In this document: one piece after another, positions 10,309 through 20,104 of the stretch
Numbering within the stretch: position 1 is the first letter of the stretch
Layout: each line of letters begins with the position of its first letter
Assembly: GCA_001275005.1 (NCBI GenBank)
Contig: JWZX01003028.1
Coordinates: 1 to 37,453, forward strand
From: Chrysochromulina tobinii
Lineage: Eukaryota
Direction: 5' to 3'
Length of the DNA stretch: 37,453 bases
Translations under genes and position numbers: made by a program
The notes under the pieces: generated by a model
The model's database searches: none
What the model saw: the letters and a program-made list of their open reading frames with translations, nothing else
What the model was told of the DNA's origin: nothing

Positions 10309-11643
10309 ATGTCAAAGCAGAACACCATGGATGGCGACATATCAATGCAAGCCGAAATGCAGGCGGTGAAGTTTGAGACCAAAATGCTGTTGTCACGGGT
10401 GAGCAAGCTCGAGGAGAAGCTCCAAGTCACTGCCACCTCAGCCTCACTCCATGACTGGGCCCGCGCGGCGACGCCCTCCGAGCTCCGGCAGAGGCGCCAG
10501 GAGCTTTCCAACGCTTATGTCCGGCAGGTCCATGTGGAGCTCGCAGATCAAATGAAGGCGGCTGGCATCGCGGCCGCAGCGAGCATCACGGCCGCGGCGC
10601 CGTCGGACATCGCGGCCACGAGGAGCTCTCCGTGGTGGGCGGAGACGCCCAAGGCGGACTACACACGCCAGCAGGTGCGCGCGGCTGCGATGGGATTGGA
10701 AGCAGGCTCCCTCGGCTCGGTCGCCCGCGGCCTGGCAGCGGGCATTCCTCTGAGGGTGCTGCGCACAGCAGGGGGATTGTCGCGAGGATGCTCGTACAGC
10801 AGGGGCGTCGAGCTGCACACCGCAGCAAAGGTGGCTGGGTCCTCCACTCACGAGGCGAGAGCTGCAGGCCACACTTTGGCAGAGGCCAAGACAGGCGTCG
10901 TCGGCGACTGCGCGACGACGTGCGTGTTCGCGAGACTGGCGGGTTACTCGTGCTTCGAAGCCAGGGCTGCTGGCTACTCATGCGCCGAGGCTAAGGCGGC
11001 TGGCTACACGTGCTCCGAAGTCCAGGCTGCCGGCTACTCATGCGCCGAGGCCAAGGCGGCTGGCTATTTCGCGCCGCGCCTCAGAGCGGCTGGATATTCG
11101 TGCGCCGAGGCCAAAGCGGCCGGGTTTTCGTTCGCCGACGCCAAGGCGGCCGGGTTTTCTTGCGCCGAGGCCAAGGCGGCCGGGTTTGTCGCGGGGCTCA
11201 AGGCCGCGGGGTACACGTTTGACGAGGCTAAGGATGCTGGGTACACGCTTTCGGAGATGAGAGTGGGCAGGTTCTCGTGTGAAGAGGCCAAGGCGGGTGG
11301 ATACTCTTGCGCCGAGGCCAAAGACGCGGGATACAATCCCAGGGAGTGCATGGAGGCCGGCTTCACTGTCTTTGAAGGCCTGGCTGCAGGCTATCCAATG
11401 GCCGACCATCTCAATCGACATGCGCCCGAGTTTTACTGGGACCACGGTATACATCGCCATCGCACCATCAGGGATCCGAACCCCCAAATCCCCCCCCCCC
11501 TCCTTACCCCCTCCTCGCGCCCAGTCCCACGCTGCCCTCTCATCAACTGTCATCAACTCTCACGCCCGCTCGTGTGCATTGAGTATGGATCGCTCGCTCG
11601 AGCGTCACTGCAGGTCGCGTCAATTGGGATGGGACTTGGCTGA
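10309..11643 (+). CDS. Decapeptide-repeat protein (AGYSCAEAKA, ~15 units) with N-terminal coiled coil; both ends uncertain
   Basis: 30-bp coding repeats at ~10939-11400 vary mostly at synonymous positions. Sequence after ~11447 is C-rich and intron-like, so the true 3' end may differ. Confidence 0.7.
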   Translation: MSKQNTMDGDISMQAEMQAVKFETKMLLSRVSKLEEKLQVTATSASLHDWARAATPSELRQRRQELSNAYVRQVHVELADQMKAAGIAAAASITAAAPSDIAATRSSPWWAETPKADYTRQQVRAAAMGLEAGSLGSVARGLAAGIPLRVLRTAGGLSRGCSYSRGVELHTAAKVAGSSTHEARAAGHTLAEAKTGVVGDCATTCVFARLAGYSCFEARAAGYSCAEAKAAGYTCSEVQAAGYSCAEAKAAGYFAPRLRAAGYSCAEAKAAGFSFADAKAAGFSCAEAKAAGFVAGLKAAGYTFDEAKDAGYTLSEMRVGRFSCEEAKAGGYSCAEAKDAGYNPRECMEAGFTVFEGLAAGYPMADHLNRHAPEFYWDHGIHRHRTIRDPNPQIPPPLLTPSSRPVPRCPLINCHQLSRPLVCIEYGSLARASLQVASIGMGLG

Positions 11644-12183
11644 TGAAACCCAAGATGACCCCGCATGCCTCCCTGCGACAAAATCGCCGTGCCACGATCG
11701 AGCGCATCTTCCACGATCAAGCGATCGAGCGATACACTAGCCGTGCCGGGCTGGCTGTATCGAGGTCTCGAGATGTCGTTCAAGTCGTTGACCTCGCTGA
11801 CCTTGTCGCTGACTGACGACCTACTGAGCTACAACTGTCGAGTGCATGTGAATGGATGACGAATCGAACGTGACGCGGACAGATCGACGGTACTTCTAAA
11901 GTTCGTGTAGGCCGTAGCGGGACCAGGCCGCTTGGAAAACGGACTGTGAACTGCTAGACGCGGGCTTGCATCCTTGCAACCACCCATCTGAAACTGTGTG
12001 TTGAGCGCTATGTAGGGTTGAGCCATAAAAAAGCATTATTTTCGTCCCCGCCACTCTTGTCTTGATGCCCCGGACCAAGGGGCTGGGAGCGAGCCCCTCG
12101 CCCGGACCGTTACAGACTGACTCTGTGATGAACTTCCGGAGTCGGAGCCATGACCGCCGCGGCGAGCTTCTTCGTGGGGCAGA

Positions 12184-14976
12184 ATGCCACGACAAGCCGC
12201 CGCCGAGCGTATGCCGACACGACAATCCACCGCCGAGCGTGCTCGATCATCGATACAAACTGCCGCCACCAGCACTTTCCTGCTGCCACTCGGCCGAACG
12301 GCCACCAGCACCGAGGCGCTCATTCCGGCCGCGTTCCATCCACTTGCTGACTCGGTTCCACCGAGCTTCCGCATGCTTCCGCATCGACGTAGCGACGACG
12401 CTTCGCCGCGCATGCCAGTAAACTACGAGTTTGAATCCGTCAAGGCAGCCGGGTACACCGTTGGCTTACGCTCGCGCACGCCATTTGCGCCAGGTTGGGT
12501 GCCGCATCGCAACGCCGCCACGCTGCCACAGCATCAGACGCTCTCCTCGCCGCGCAACATGTCGCCACGGCCCCTGGTGCCGCTATCTCCAAACACTGCC
12601 TCGTTCCGCCACGAGATGCGGCAGCTGCCTCTGCCACCGCCGTTGACGGCGGCGTCGCATGCCGTCCACGCAGCGCATGCCGGCGCGCATGCCGACGTCC
12701 GGCGCGCACATGCCATCCACGTAGCGCGTGTGATGCAATGGGACCGCTCCATGAAAGGACTGTCGCGCAGCGCGACCTCGCTGGGACCGCCGAGCACCGC
12801 ATACGGAAGCCCCCGCCCACTCGCCGGCGCCATCGCCGCCATGGACCCGGCCATCGGCGCCATCCACGCCATGCACGCCGCGGCGCGCACCGCCAATGTC
12901 AAGGTTCGTCTTGTCGACGTCTCCGGGCTCCGTCCCTCGGCAAGCCTACCGGCACTGGCGCACGCGCCGTCCCTCTCGTACTCGCACTTTGCCAAGGCGC
13001 CCATCATCGATGGCAGAGCCATGACGCCCATGACAGAGCAGACGACGCAGCTCGTCGCGCGCTATCAACCAGCGGGGTATGCCCTGCCGGCGCCCATGCT
13101 CTCTGAGCATCACGCGATGCAGGTGGCCAAGAGCGCTCTATCCCGAACACGGGATGAATCGCACACGGACCCTGCCCTCGAGGGAGCGTGTCGCCCGTGG
13201 ACAGGCACGGAGGGCGGCGGCGGCAGCAGCGGCGGCAGCGGCGCCCGCGCCGCCGCCAAGGCGAGCGGCGCGCTCCCTCCGCCCTTGGCCGACTACGATG
13301 CTGCCCCTGCTGCCGCATACCCTTCCACCGCCTTCTCGTCACTCGATCGACCGCGAGCTGCCGGTCCATCAGGAAGGCGAGCACCCGCTACTGGCCTACT
13401 GGTAGCGGGTCCCGCTGTGCCCGATCCAGCGCTGGCTGAGGGTTTGAGCTTCCCCACTGGCTTCCCTTCGGAGGCATCGAGTGCTAGCCAGCATTCACAT
13501 TCACAGCCGCCAGCAGCTCTCACTGGCTTCAAGGCTCTACGGAGCCTCGACAGCCCGCCTCCTGCTGTGAATGTGAATGCTGAGCCGGTGCAACCCGCAG
13601 CCTACGGCGGTGTGAATGTGAATGACGCAGCCTACGGCGGCGGATGGCTCGGCGGCCTCGAGTCGATGGCCGGGCCAGCGGCTGACGATGGCAGCTGGCC
13701 CGGCGCAGACGCGCACATTCTCGACGCCGACGCCCATCTCGACGCGTACACGTGGCCTGCCGAGCAGTGCGCCCAATACGACGCGTCGCTCAGCGGCGAG
13801 TTGGGCGCCGAGCTGGGCATGCCCGCCGGCACAGGCGAGGACCAGCCCGGCCGCCATTCAAATTCACAGCGCGGCAAATTCCGCATCATAGGACCGGCCA
13901 AGGACGCCCACTACGGCGCCTCGCTCTGGGCGATGAAGTTTGGCGCGCGCGGCAAGTCGATGCAGGAACGAATGCTCGAGGAAGCCAAGCGGCGGCGCGG
14001 GAAGCAGGTCAACTTGTCGGACGTGACCAAGGGACTGCTGCTCAATCGGCGCATCGTCGCGGCGCTGCGCGCTTGCACCGTCTTCCACGGACTCGACTCG
14101 CTTCATCTCTCGATGATGGCCTACGGCGGCCTCAACATGCGCATGAAGCGGTACGGAGTCGTGTACCGAGCGGGCGCGGCCGCCTCCTCCTTTTTCGTGC
14201 TCACGCACGGCAGCGTGCAGATCGTCTCGGAGGACGGTCCGCCGCAGACGATCACCGTCGAGCGCGGCGCACGCCAGGGCATCGCATTCGGCCTCGAGAG
14301 CCTCGGGGGCCTCGGCTCGGGGGGCGCTGTGTCGGGCGGCTCGGGCCTGTGTCGGCAGGCGACCGTCTGCGCTCTCGAGGCAAGCTCCCTGGTTGTCTTT
14401 AGTACCAAGGACATGCGCCTCGACGAGGGTCGACTCGAGAGGCTGGCTGATCGCATCTTTGCCGAGACGGCGGCCGCGGCGCTACGCATCACGCCGGTGT
14501 TTGCCGACCTGACGCCCGCGCAGCTTGCGAGCCTCGCGCCTCTCTTCGAGTTTGGGGCTTTCAATCCGAACACCCCCTTCTTCAGTGCGGGCGGCGCGTG
14601 CGACAAGCTCTTTATCCTCCTGAACGGCTCGATGGTCATCAGTCAACGTAGCACCACTATCGCCACCCTCCACTCCACTGTCGGTGAGGGCTCTACCGTC
14701 TGGCATCCGTTCGTAGGCGCGGAGGGGCTGCTCGATGCCGAGACGCGCCGCCCGTACGACGTCGTCACGTGCACGCCTGCGAACGCGCTCGTGCTCCCCG
14801 CGCATGCATTGAAGCGCTTCCTGAAGTCGGTGCCTAACTTGTACGATCGGTTGCGGGAGTTTTCGGAGATGCGCCGGAAGGCGTGGGAGCTTGAGTGCGG
14901 CCTCAGCCTGAGTCTCGAGTACGATTCGGTCCCGGAGGCCGCCCAAAATGAGGACCCTGCTCAGGACGCCGACTGA
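12184..14976 (+). CDS. 930-aa protein with a long low-complexity N-terminus and two C-terminal cyclic-nucleotide-binding-like domains
   Basis: Domain 1: LRACTVFHGL..VYRAGAAASSFFVLTHGSV..AFGLESL..RQATVCA. Domain 2: LRITPVFADL..FSAGGACDKLFILLNGS..FVGAEGLL..RPYDV. Confidence 0.8.
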   Translation: MPRQAAAERMPTRQSTAERARSSIQTAATSTFLLPLGRTATSTEALIPAAFHPLADSVPPSFRMLPHRRSDDASPRMPVNYEFESVKAAGYTVGLRSRTPFAPGWVPHRNAATLPQHQTLSSPRNMSPRPLVPLSPNTASFRHEMRQLPLPPPLTAASHAVHAAHAGAHADVRRAHAIHVARVMQWDRSMKGLSRSATSLGPPSTAYGSPRPLAGAIAAMDPAIGAIHAMHAAARTANVKVRLVDVSGLRPSASLPALAHAPSLSYSHFAKAPIIDGRAMTPMTEQTTQLVARYQPAGYALPAPMLSEHHAMQVAKSALSRTRDESHTDPALEGACRPWTGTEGGGGSSGGSGARAAAKASGALPPPLADYDAAPAAAYPSTAFSSLDRPRAAGPSGRRAPATGLLVAGPAVPDPALAEGLSFPTGFPSEASSASQHSHSQPPAALTGFKALRSLDSPPPAVNVNAEPVQPAAYGGVNVNDAAYGGGWLGGLESMAGPAADDGSWPGADAHILDADAHLDAYTWPAEQCAQYDASLSGELGAELGMPAGTGEDQPGRHSNSQRGKFRIIGPAKDAHYGASLWAMKFGARGKSMQERMLEEAKRRRGKQVNLSDVTKGLLLNRRIVAALRACTVFHGLDSLHLSMMAYGGLNMRMKRYGVVYRAGAAASSFFVLTHGSVQIVSEDGPPQTITVERGARQGIAFGLESLGGLGSGGAVSGGSGLCRQATVCALEASSLVVFSTKDMRLDEGRLERLADRIFAETAAAALRITPVFADLTPAQLASLAPLFEFGAFNPNTPFFSAGGACDKLFILLNGSMVISQRSTTIATLHSTVGEGSTVWHPFVGAEGLLDAETRRPYDVVTCTPANALVLPAHALKRFLKSVPNLYDRLREFSEMRRKAWELECGLSLSLEYDSVPEAAQNEDPAQDAD

Positions 14977-14991
14977 GGGTGAGGGTAAACG

Positions 14992-15043
14992 TCATCAGTC
15001 ATCAGTCATCATCATCATCATCATATTCATCATCATCATCATG
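14992..15043. repeat. (CAT)n / GTCATCA microsatellite just downstream of the stop codon
   Basis: gtcatcagtcatcagtcatcatcatcatcatcatattcatcatcatcatcat read directly. Confidence 0.85.
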
Positions 15044-15146
15044 TCGACCAGAAGGCCGTGCTATAAATTTTTTTGAACTTTGATGACCAGATTTTCCGCC
15101 GAGCCAGGTTTGGAAGCCCCGCGGCAAAGTCGAAAGAAAACATCTC

Positions 15147-16196
15147 ATGCGCACATCTCGCGAGGCATGGGAACTCGCGCACGTTCTCCAGCCGCCGCTG
15201 ATCCCATGCCCGCCGCAGCAGCCGTGCCTGGCAAATTGGATCTTGCGAGGCCGTGAGAGTGCCATGGGGGGGCACGACGATGGCAAGTGGTCTGGCGGTG
15301 GATGCTGGTGCTTGCAAGAGCCGTACATGATCGCAGACGAGCCAACGCGGCCACCACGTGCAGTTCCACGCATGACGTCGAGTCTGACACACTCAGAGTA
15401 CTACTGGCGCTTTGCCCGCCCTGGCATCCCTGTAGTTGTTGCCGGGATGTGTGATGGGCCAGAGTGGGTCGAGCGTGGCCGCAAAGTACTGGCGTGCTGT
15501 GGACAGAGACCAGAAAGCCGGATGTGCGGTTCAATGAAGTGTGACGACATTAAGCATGCCCACAAGAGCCACCAGGCAAACTTCTGCAGTAACGAATGCG
15601 CGACGCTTGCGTATCCGGGGCACGTGGACTTTCTGCCGCAGACCTTTCGGTTTCCACACCCGCTGCCATCGCTCTCTCAGATCTTCGACGACCCACCTTG
15701 GGTGGTCGCTGGCGCCGCTGGCGCCACCTTTGGTTCACCTGGGCACTACGACAATGGCTGCTCCGGCAGCATCTCAATACAGCTCCACGGGCGCAAGCTA
15801 TGGACGCTGTGGGCGCCGTGGGACGTGGACGTGCGAGATGAGGACGCAGCAGAAACCACTGACGAGCCATCTGACGGCTTCATCCAAGAGCGGGAGCGCT
15901 TTGAGGCCATGCTAGAGCCGGGTGATGCAATCGTCTATCCACCAGGCTGGTTCCACTCGACAGCAATCACGGAGGATGGCGCATCTGCCGCGGTAGCGTG
16001 GTGGGTGGACTTGATCCCGTCGTTTGGTGCTGTAGAGAGCAGGAGCAACACCTCGACGGCCATCGCACGCTCGCCGTTCGGCTTCGGCAGCTGTGCGACC
16101 GGCCCCAAAGGCTGGGCTCACCGCACAGCAGCCTGGGATGAGCATGTCGACCGGCCGGCCAAGAGAGTGTTGCGCGACAAAAAAGACGAGCTCTGA
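15147..16196 (+). CDS. JmjC-domain 2-oxoglutarate/Fe(II) oxygenase with C-terminal KDEL
   Basis: HxD (GHYD), QLHGRKLWTLWAP, LEPGDAIVYPPGWFHST (distal His); ends DKKDEL. Start codon uncertain. Confidence 0.85.
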   Translation: MRTSREAWELAHVLQPPLIPCPPQQPCLANWILRGRESAMGGHDDGKWSGGGCWCLQEPYMIADEPTRPPRAVPRMTSSLTHSEYYWRFARPGIPVVVAGMCDGPEWVERGRKVLACCGQRPESRMCGSMKCDDIKHAHKSHQANFCSNECATLAYPGHVDFLPQTFRFPHPLPSLSQIFDDPPWVVAGAAGATFGSPGHYDNGCSGSISIQLHGRKLWTLWAPWDVDVRDEDAAETTDEPSDGFIQERERFEAMLEPGDAIVYPPGWFHSTAITEDGASAAVAWWVDLIPSFGAVESRSNTSTAIARSPFGFGSCATGPKGWAHRTAAWDEHVDRPAKRVLRDKKDEL

Positions 16197-16197
16197 T

Positions 16198-16269
16198 TTT
16201 CGTCTATGGCGTGGTGCATCCTTTCGTTTATGGCGTGGCGCAATCTTTCGTTTATGGCGTGGTGCATCC
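16198..16269. repeat. 24-bp tandem repeat, 3 copies (TTTCGTTTATGGCGTGGTGCATCC-like)
   Basis: Three near-identical units immediately after the JmjC stop codon. Confidence 0.85.
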
Positions 16270-16685
16270 TGCACTGCGTGGCGCGGCTCGCCAAGATCCC
16301 GCACCCGGTTCCCCTCTGCGCGCGACGCTGCTTGCTGGGCTCTTGCCCGCCTGCTCCATGCTGCGTGATGTGTGAACGGCTCAGACCGATATGGGCCCGG
16401 GGCAGAAGGATGGTAGGATGTCATTTTCATGACATGTGGCGTTTAGTGAGAGGTGCACACATACGGCGTAGGTACCGGTACCCCGGTGTCTTTTTACCGG
16501 TACACATTACACTTCAAGTTCTTGGAAATCCGCAAGGCGAGGGTGAAGGGAGAGCGATTGCAGAGCGATTGCAGAGGTTGCAGCAAAAGCAAGCGGATCA
16601 AGGTCCATGCCGCGGCCGATGCTGCCATCACGAGACGGGCGGCCGCAAGGACGTGCCACTTCAAGGCGTGCTACTCGCGTGCTAC

Positions 16686-17888
16686 ATGAACGAGAGTATG
16701 GGCCCCGGCCGGCTGAGCCCTGCCGCACTAGAGACCTTGGAGACACTCGGCTGGCGCATAGCTCGCATTCAGCTGCCACGCTTTGCCTCTTGGCATGTCG
16801 CGGAGCAGACACGCCTCATCGCGCATCTCAAGCACTTCTGGGGTGGGTACGCCGCCGTGCCGCGCACCATGGTCGACCTCGGGTGCCACGCGGGACATGG
16901 CAAACACAAGAACATCTCGGACGCGCTGCTCTGGCTCGAAGAGTTTCCTGGGCTCGGCATGGTTGTCGGCGTCGACGCGTTCGAGGACTTTGCATTTGAC
17001 TTGCAATACCGGTTCGACCGGGTTGAGCCGTACGCATCGTCCCCAGCGACGAAGCGCACGTTCGCCCTCGGCATCGGGCCCGTGGACAACACGGTCGGCG
17101 ACATGACTGGGTTAGCGCGCCAGCACATCATGTGCTGCTCGAATACGGGCTGGTGCCAGGACATGCACACTCAACTGGAGGCGCGTGGCTCCGATCACAT
17201 GTGCAAGCTCGTGCGCATGCGGCTCGGGATCCTTGTGCCCGACGGGCGGCTCACCCACCGGCCGTCGCGCTACTCGTCGAACCTGACCTTGGCCCTGTGG
17301 AAGAACCTTGGGCAGAGCTGGAAGAAATCGGATCCTCGCAGAAAGAACCTCTACATGGTGCCCATCATGCGCGTCGATACCTTCTGGACGGTCCACCTCC
17401 AGGAGCGTCACATCGACTTTCTCAAGATAGACATGGACATGTCGTGGAGGCGCATGGGGTTGGAGAAGCTCGTCGAGGCACAGGGGTTCACAGTGATGGT
17501 CATTGAGGTCGACGTGTCGTGGGTGCCCCCCTGGGGCGCCAAGAGAGGCGTTCGAGGCGGCGTCGACTTGATTTGGAACCTTACCGAGGCTGACCTGTTC
17601 GCATTCTATGCAAGCTCGCGCGGGTACGACGTGTTCTTCAAGGTGCCGTGTACGATGCGCGATCACTCTGGCAGCTTTGTGGGTCTCTCGGCTTGGTACT
17701 TTCTCGTCGCCAACGCCTCGTGGTTCGCGGCGACGGGCTACTGGGTCAGGAAGCGACATGCGGATCCGAATCTCGGTGGCATGGCCGTTCAGGATCTGCT
17801 GCTCGTGCGGCGCACCGCGCACGGACTCGCTGCGAGCCTCACCGCGCAAGGCATGGAGGACTGCCGGCAGGATTTGCGTAAGTGGTAA
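16686..17888 (+). CDS. FkbM-like SAM-dependent methyltransferase-fold protein (start uncertain; ORF open from 16206)
   Basis: Motif I MVDLGCHAG, second strand VVGVDAF, and RVDTF...HIDFLKIDMD resembling the FkbM LD...IDxLKIDVE motif. Confidence 0.65.
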   Translation: MNESMGPGRLSPAALETLETLGWRIARIQLPRFASWHVAEQTRLIAHLKHFWGGYAAVPRTMVDLGCHAGHGKHKNISDALLWLEEFPGLGMVVGVDAFEDFAFDLQYRFDRVEPYASSPATKRTFALGIGPVDNTVGDMTGLARQHIMCCSNTGWCQDMHTQLEARGSDHMCKLVRMRLGILVPDGRLTHRPSRYSSNLTLALWKNLGQSWKKSDPRRKNLYMVPIMRVDTFWTVHLQERHIDFLKIDMDMSWRRMGLEKLVEAQGFTVMVIEVDVSWVPPWGAKRGVRGGVDLIWNLTEADLFAFYASSRGYDVFFKVPCTMRDHSGSFVGLSAWYFLVANASWFAATGYWVRKRHADPNLGGMAVQDLLLVRRTAHGLAASLTAQGMEDCRQDLRKW

Positions 17889-18236
17889 GACTCAGGGGTA
17901 GAGCTCTACGAGAACTGCAACGCAGGGCATGCGGCCGAATGTTGAGCACGAATCTGTTCTCTTAAAATCTCCACATCACTCACAGGGCCAGCTTGACCGG
18001 GTGGACGGGCTGGCATGGGCTGGTACGCGCGCAGGCGGAGAGGCGGTGCACCCCGGCACCTGCAGGCGACGGTCAAACGGTCACTTCGACATGCCGTGGC
18101 TGAGGGCGCCAAAGTGGTGACGAAATGACGAAGCCTACCGGTAAATGTATGCTTGACTTGTGGCATCCGCGCCCGCTCGAAGCTCGAGAGGAAGCGACAC
18201 AGCCTCACACCACCAGGGGGAAGCCACGTGAAAAGA

Positions 18237-19409
18237 ATGGAGCCATCGCCCCCACCCGTTTGCCCTCCTTGCCCCACCGATATCACGTGCAAAGCCATGG
18301 TCGCCTTCGGGGTCAACGACCTTCGCGAGTGTGAGGTCATCGTGGCCCCGCCAAGGGCAGGAGAGGTCCGCGTCAAGATTGTTTGCAACGCCCTTTGCCA
18401 CACGGACATCTACACTCTCGGTGGCTCCGATCCGGAGGGGCTCTTCCCAGCGATCCTCGGCCACGAGGCCACGGCGATCGTCGAGTCCGTGGGCGACGGC
18501 GTCCGCTCCGTGAAGGTGGGCGACACCATCGTCCCCGGCTACACCCCACAGTGCAAAGAGCCCGACTGCATCTTCTGCATGTCGCCTAAGACGAACCTGT
18601 GCCCGAGGATCCGAGGCACGCAGGGCAAGGGTGTCATGCCCGACGGCACGTCGCGCTTCACGCTCAAGTCGGACCGCAGCACCATCTTCCACTTCATGGG
18701 GTGCAGCACGTTTAGCGAGTACACGGTGCTCGCGGAGATCTCGTGCGCCAAGATCAACCCCTCGATCCCGCACGAGCATGCTTGCCTCTTCGGCTGCGGC
18801 ATCGCCACCGGCCTCGGCGCAGTCTGGAACACCGCCAAAGTTGAGCCCTTTTCGTCCGTCGCCGTCTTCGGTCTGGGTGCGGTCGGGCTTGCTGTCGTCC
18901 AAGCGGCCAAGGCCATTGGCGCGCACCCGATCATTGGCATCGATGTCAACGAGAAGAAGTTTGCGATCGCGAAGCAGCTCGGCTGCACCGACTGCGTCAA
19001 CCCCAAGGACCACGACAAGCCGATGCAGCAGGTGCTCATCGGCATGAGCCCTACCGGCTTTGGGTACGACTACACCTTCGACGCCACCGGTAACACCGAC
19101 GTGATGCGGTCGGCTCTCGAAGCGGCGCACCGAGGGTGGGGCCTCATGACGATCATCGGAGTGGCGGCCGCCGGGAAGGAGATCTCCACGCGCCCCTTTC
19201 AATTCGTCACTGGTCGCCGGTGCACTGGCACTGCATTTGGCGGTTGGAAGACCCGCGACGCGATCCCCATGCTCGTGGAGCGCACCCTCAAGGGCGAGAT
19301 CAAGGTCGAGCACTTCATCACGCACAAGTTCAAGGGCGTGGCCGAAACCACCAAGGCGCTCGAGGCGCTGCACAGCGGCGACTGCCTCCGCGCTGTTGTG
19401 GAATATTGA
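18237..19409 (+). CDS. ADH5: Class III alcohol dehydrogenase / S-(hydroxymethyl)glutathione dehydrogenase (GSNO reductase)
   Basis: LCHTDIYTLGGSDPEGLFPAILGHE, structural Zn cysteines, HFMGCSTFSEYTV, FGLGAVGL, ISTRPFQFVTGR, GTAFGG; intronless. Confidence 0.96.
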   Translation: MEPSPPPVCPPCPTDITCKAMVAFGVNDLRECEVIVAPPRAGEVRVKIVCNALCHTDIYTLGGSDPEGLFPAILGHEATAIVESVGDGVRSVKVGDTIVPGYTPQCKEPDCIFCMSPKTNLCPRIRGTQGKGVMPDGTSRFTLKSDRSTIFHFMGCSTFSEYTVLAEISCAKINPSIPHEHACLFGCGIATGLGAVWNTAKVEPFSSVAVFGLGAVGLAVVQAAKAIGAHPIIGIDVNEKKFAIAKQLGCTDCVNPKDHDKPMQQVLIGMSPTGFGYDYTFDATGNTDVMRSALEAAHRGWGLMTIIGVAAAGKEISTRPFQFVTGRRCTGTAFGGWKTRDAIPMLVERTLKGEIKVEHFITHKFKGVAETTKALEALHSGDCLRAVVEY

Positions 19410-19936
19410 GCTCTCATGTGTGGGCTGTGGGGTGGGAGACGGAGGACGTCTCAAAGACGATGTTGGGCCTGCCACAGATGATGATGCAGCGGATGCTTTT
19501 TGCCAAGAAGCCCGCTCAACGTCTGAGCTCTATCTGGACGCGACCAGTGTGCTCAAGCCGTTGTTCACTTAAATCTTAATCAAGCCCGTGCTTTATAACG
19601 TATTGGTATGTGCTATTGTACCGATATCCCGGGATTGGATCGGGAGATCGTTGATGGTTTCAGCATTCACAAGAAATGTCTGCCTCATGTGTGCGCCCGC
19701 CCGCCGCCGCGCGCGCCCGCGCGGCGGCAGCACGCTCCCCCAGGTGTCCTCCACCCGGCATGAATTCACATCGTAAAGCTGCCGATCTGCGTTCAACTCT
19801 TCTTCGGCGACGCCGCCACCCAAATCCCGTTTCACGCTGCGGTCGGACCGCTGTCGAGGTTTTCGATCTCTCGTTCGGAGGAAGGATCGGGCCTCGCGAA
19901 ACTGCGTTTCGCGGACCGCCGCGGAGAGGCCGAGGG

Positions 19937-20042
19937 CTGTCGAGTAAACACCTCTCCTCTCATTCACAAGTGACAAGCGAAGCGGCATTGCCCGAGCGTC
20001 ACACAGCGTGCTGTGGGGAAAGGAGAGGTGTTTACTCGACAG
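19937..20042. mobile_element. 106-bp MITE with 22-bp perfect terminal inverted repeats and 9-bp target-site duplication
   Basis: CTGTCGAGTAAACACCTCTCCT at 19937-19958 and its exact reverse complement at 20021-20042; flanked by GGCCGAGGG at 19928-19936 and 20043-20051. Confidence 0.85.
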
Positions 20043-20088
20043 GGCCGAGGGCACCTTTCGGGCAAGGCCGAGGGCACCTTTCGGGCAA
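20043..20088. repeat. 23-bp perfect tandem duplication starting at the right TSD
   Basis: GGCCGAGGGCACCTTTCGGGCAA at 20043-20065 and 20066-20088. Confidence 0.9.
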
Positions 20089-20104
20089 GACTAGTCAAAG
20101 TGCC

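Noticed and set aside
16206..16685. N-terminal extension of the 560-aa ORF
   Set aside because: Begins inside a 24-bp tandem repeat 10 nt after the previous stop and does not look coding; true start is probably later.
18135..19475. Long antisense and alternate-frame ORFs (e.g. 18135..19475 -, 26749..28179 -, 35125..36174 +, 2865..3392 +)
   Set aside because: Shadows of GC-rich coding sequence on the other strand or frame; no motifs of their own.
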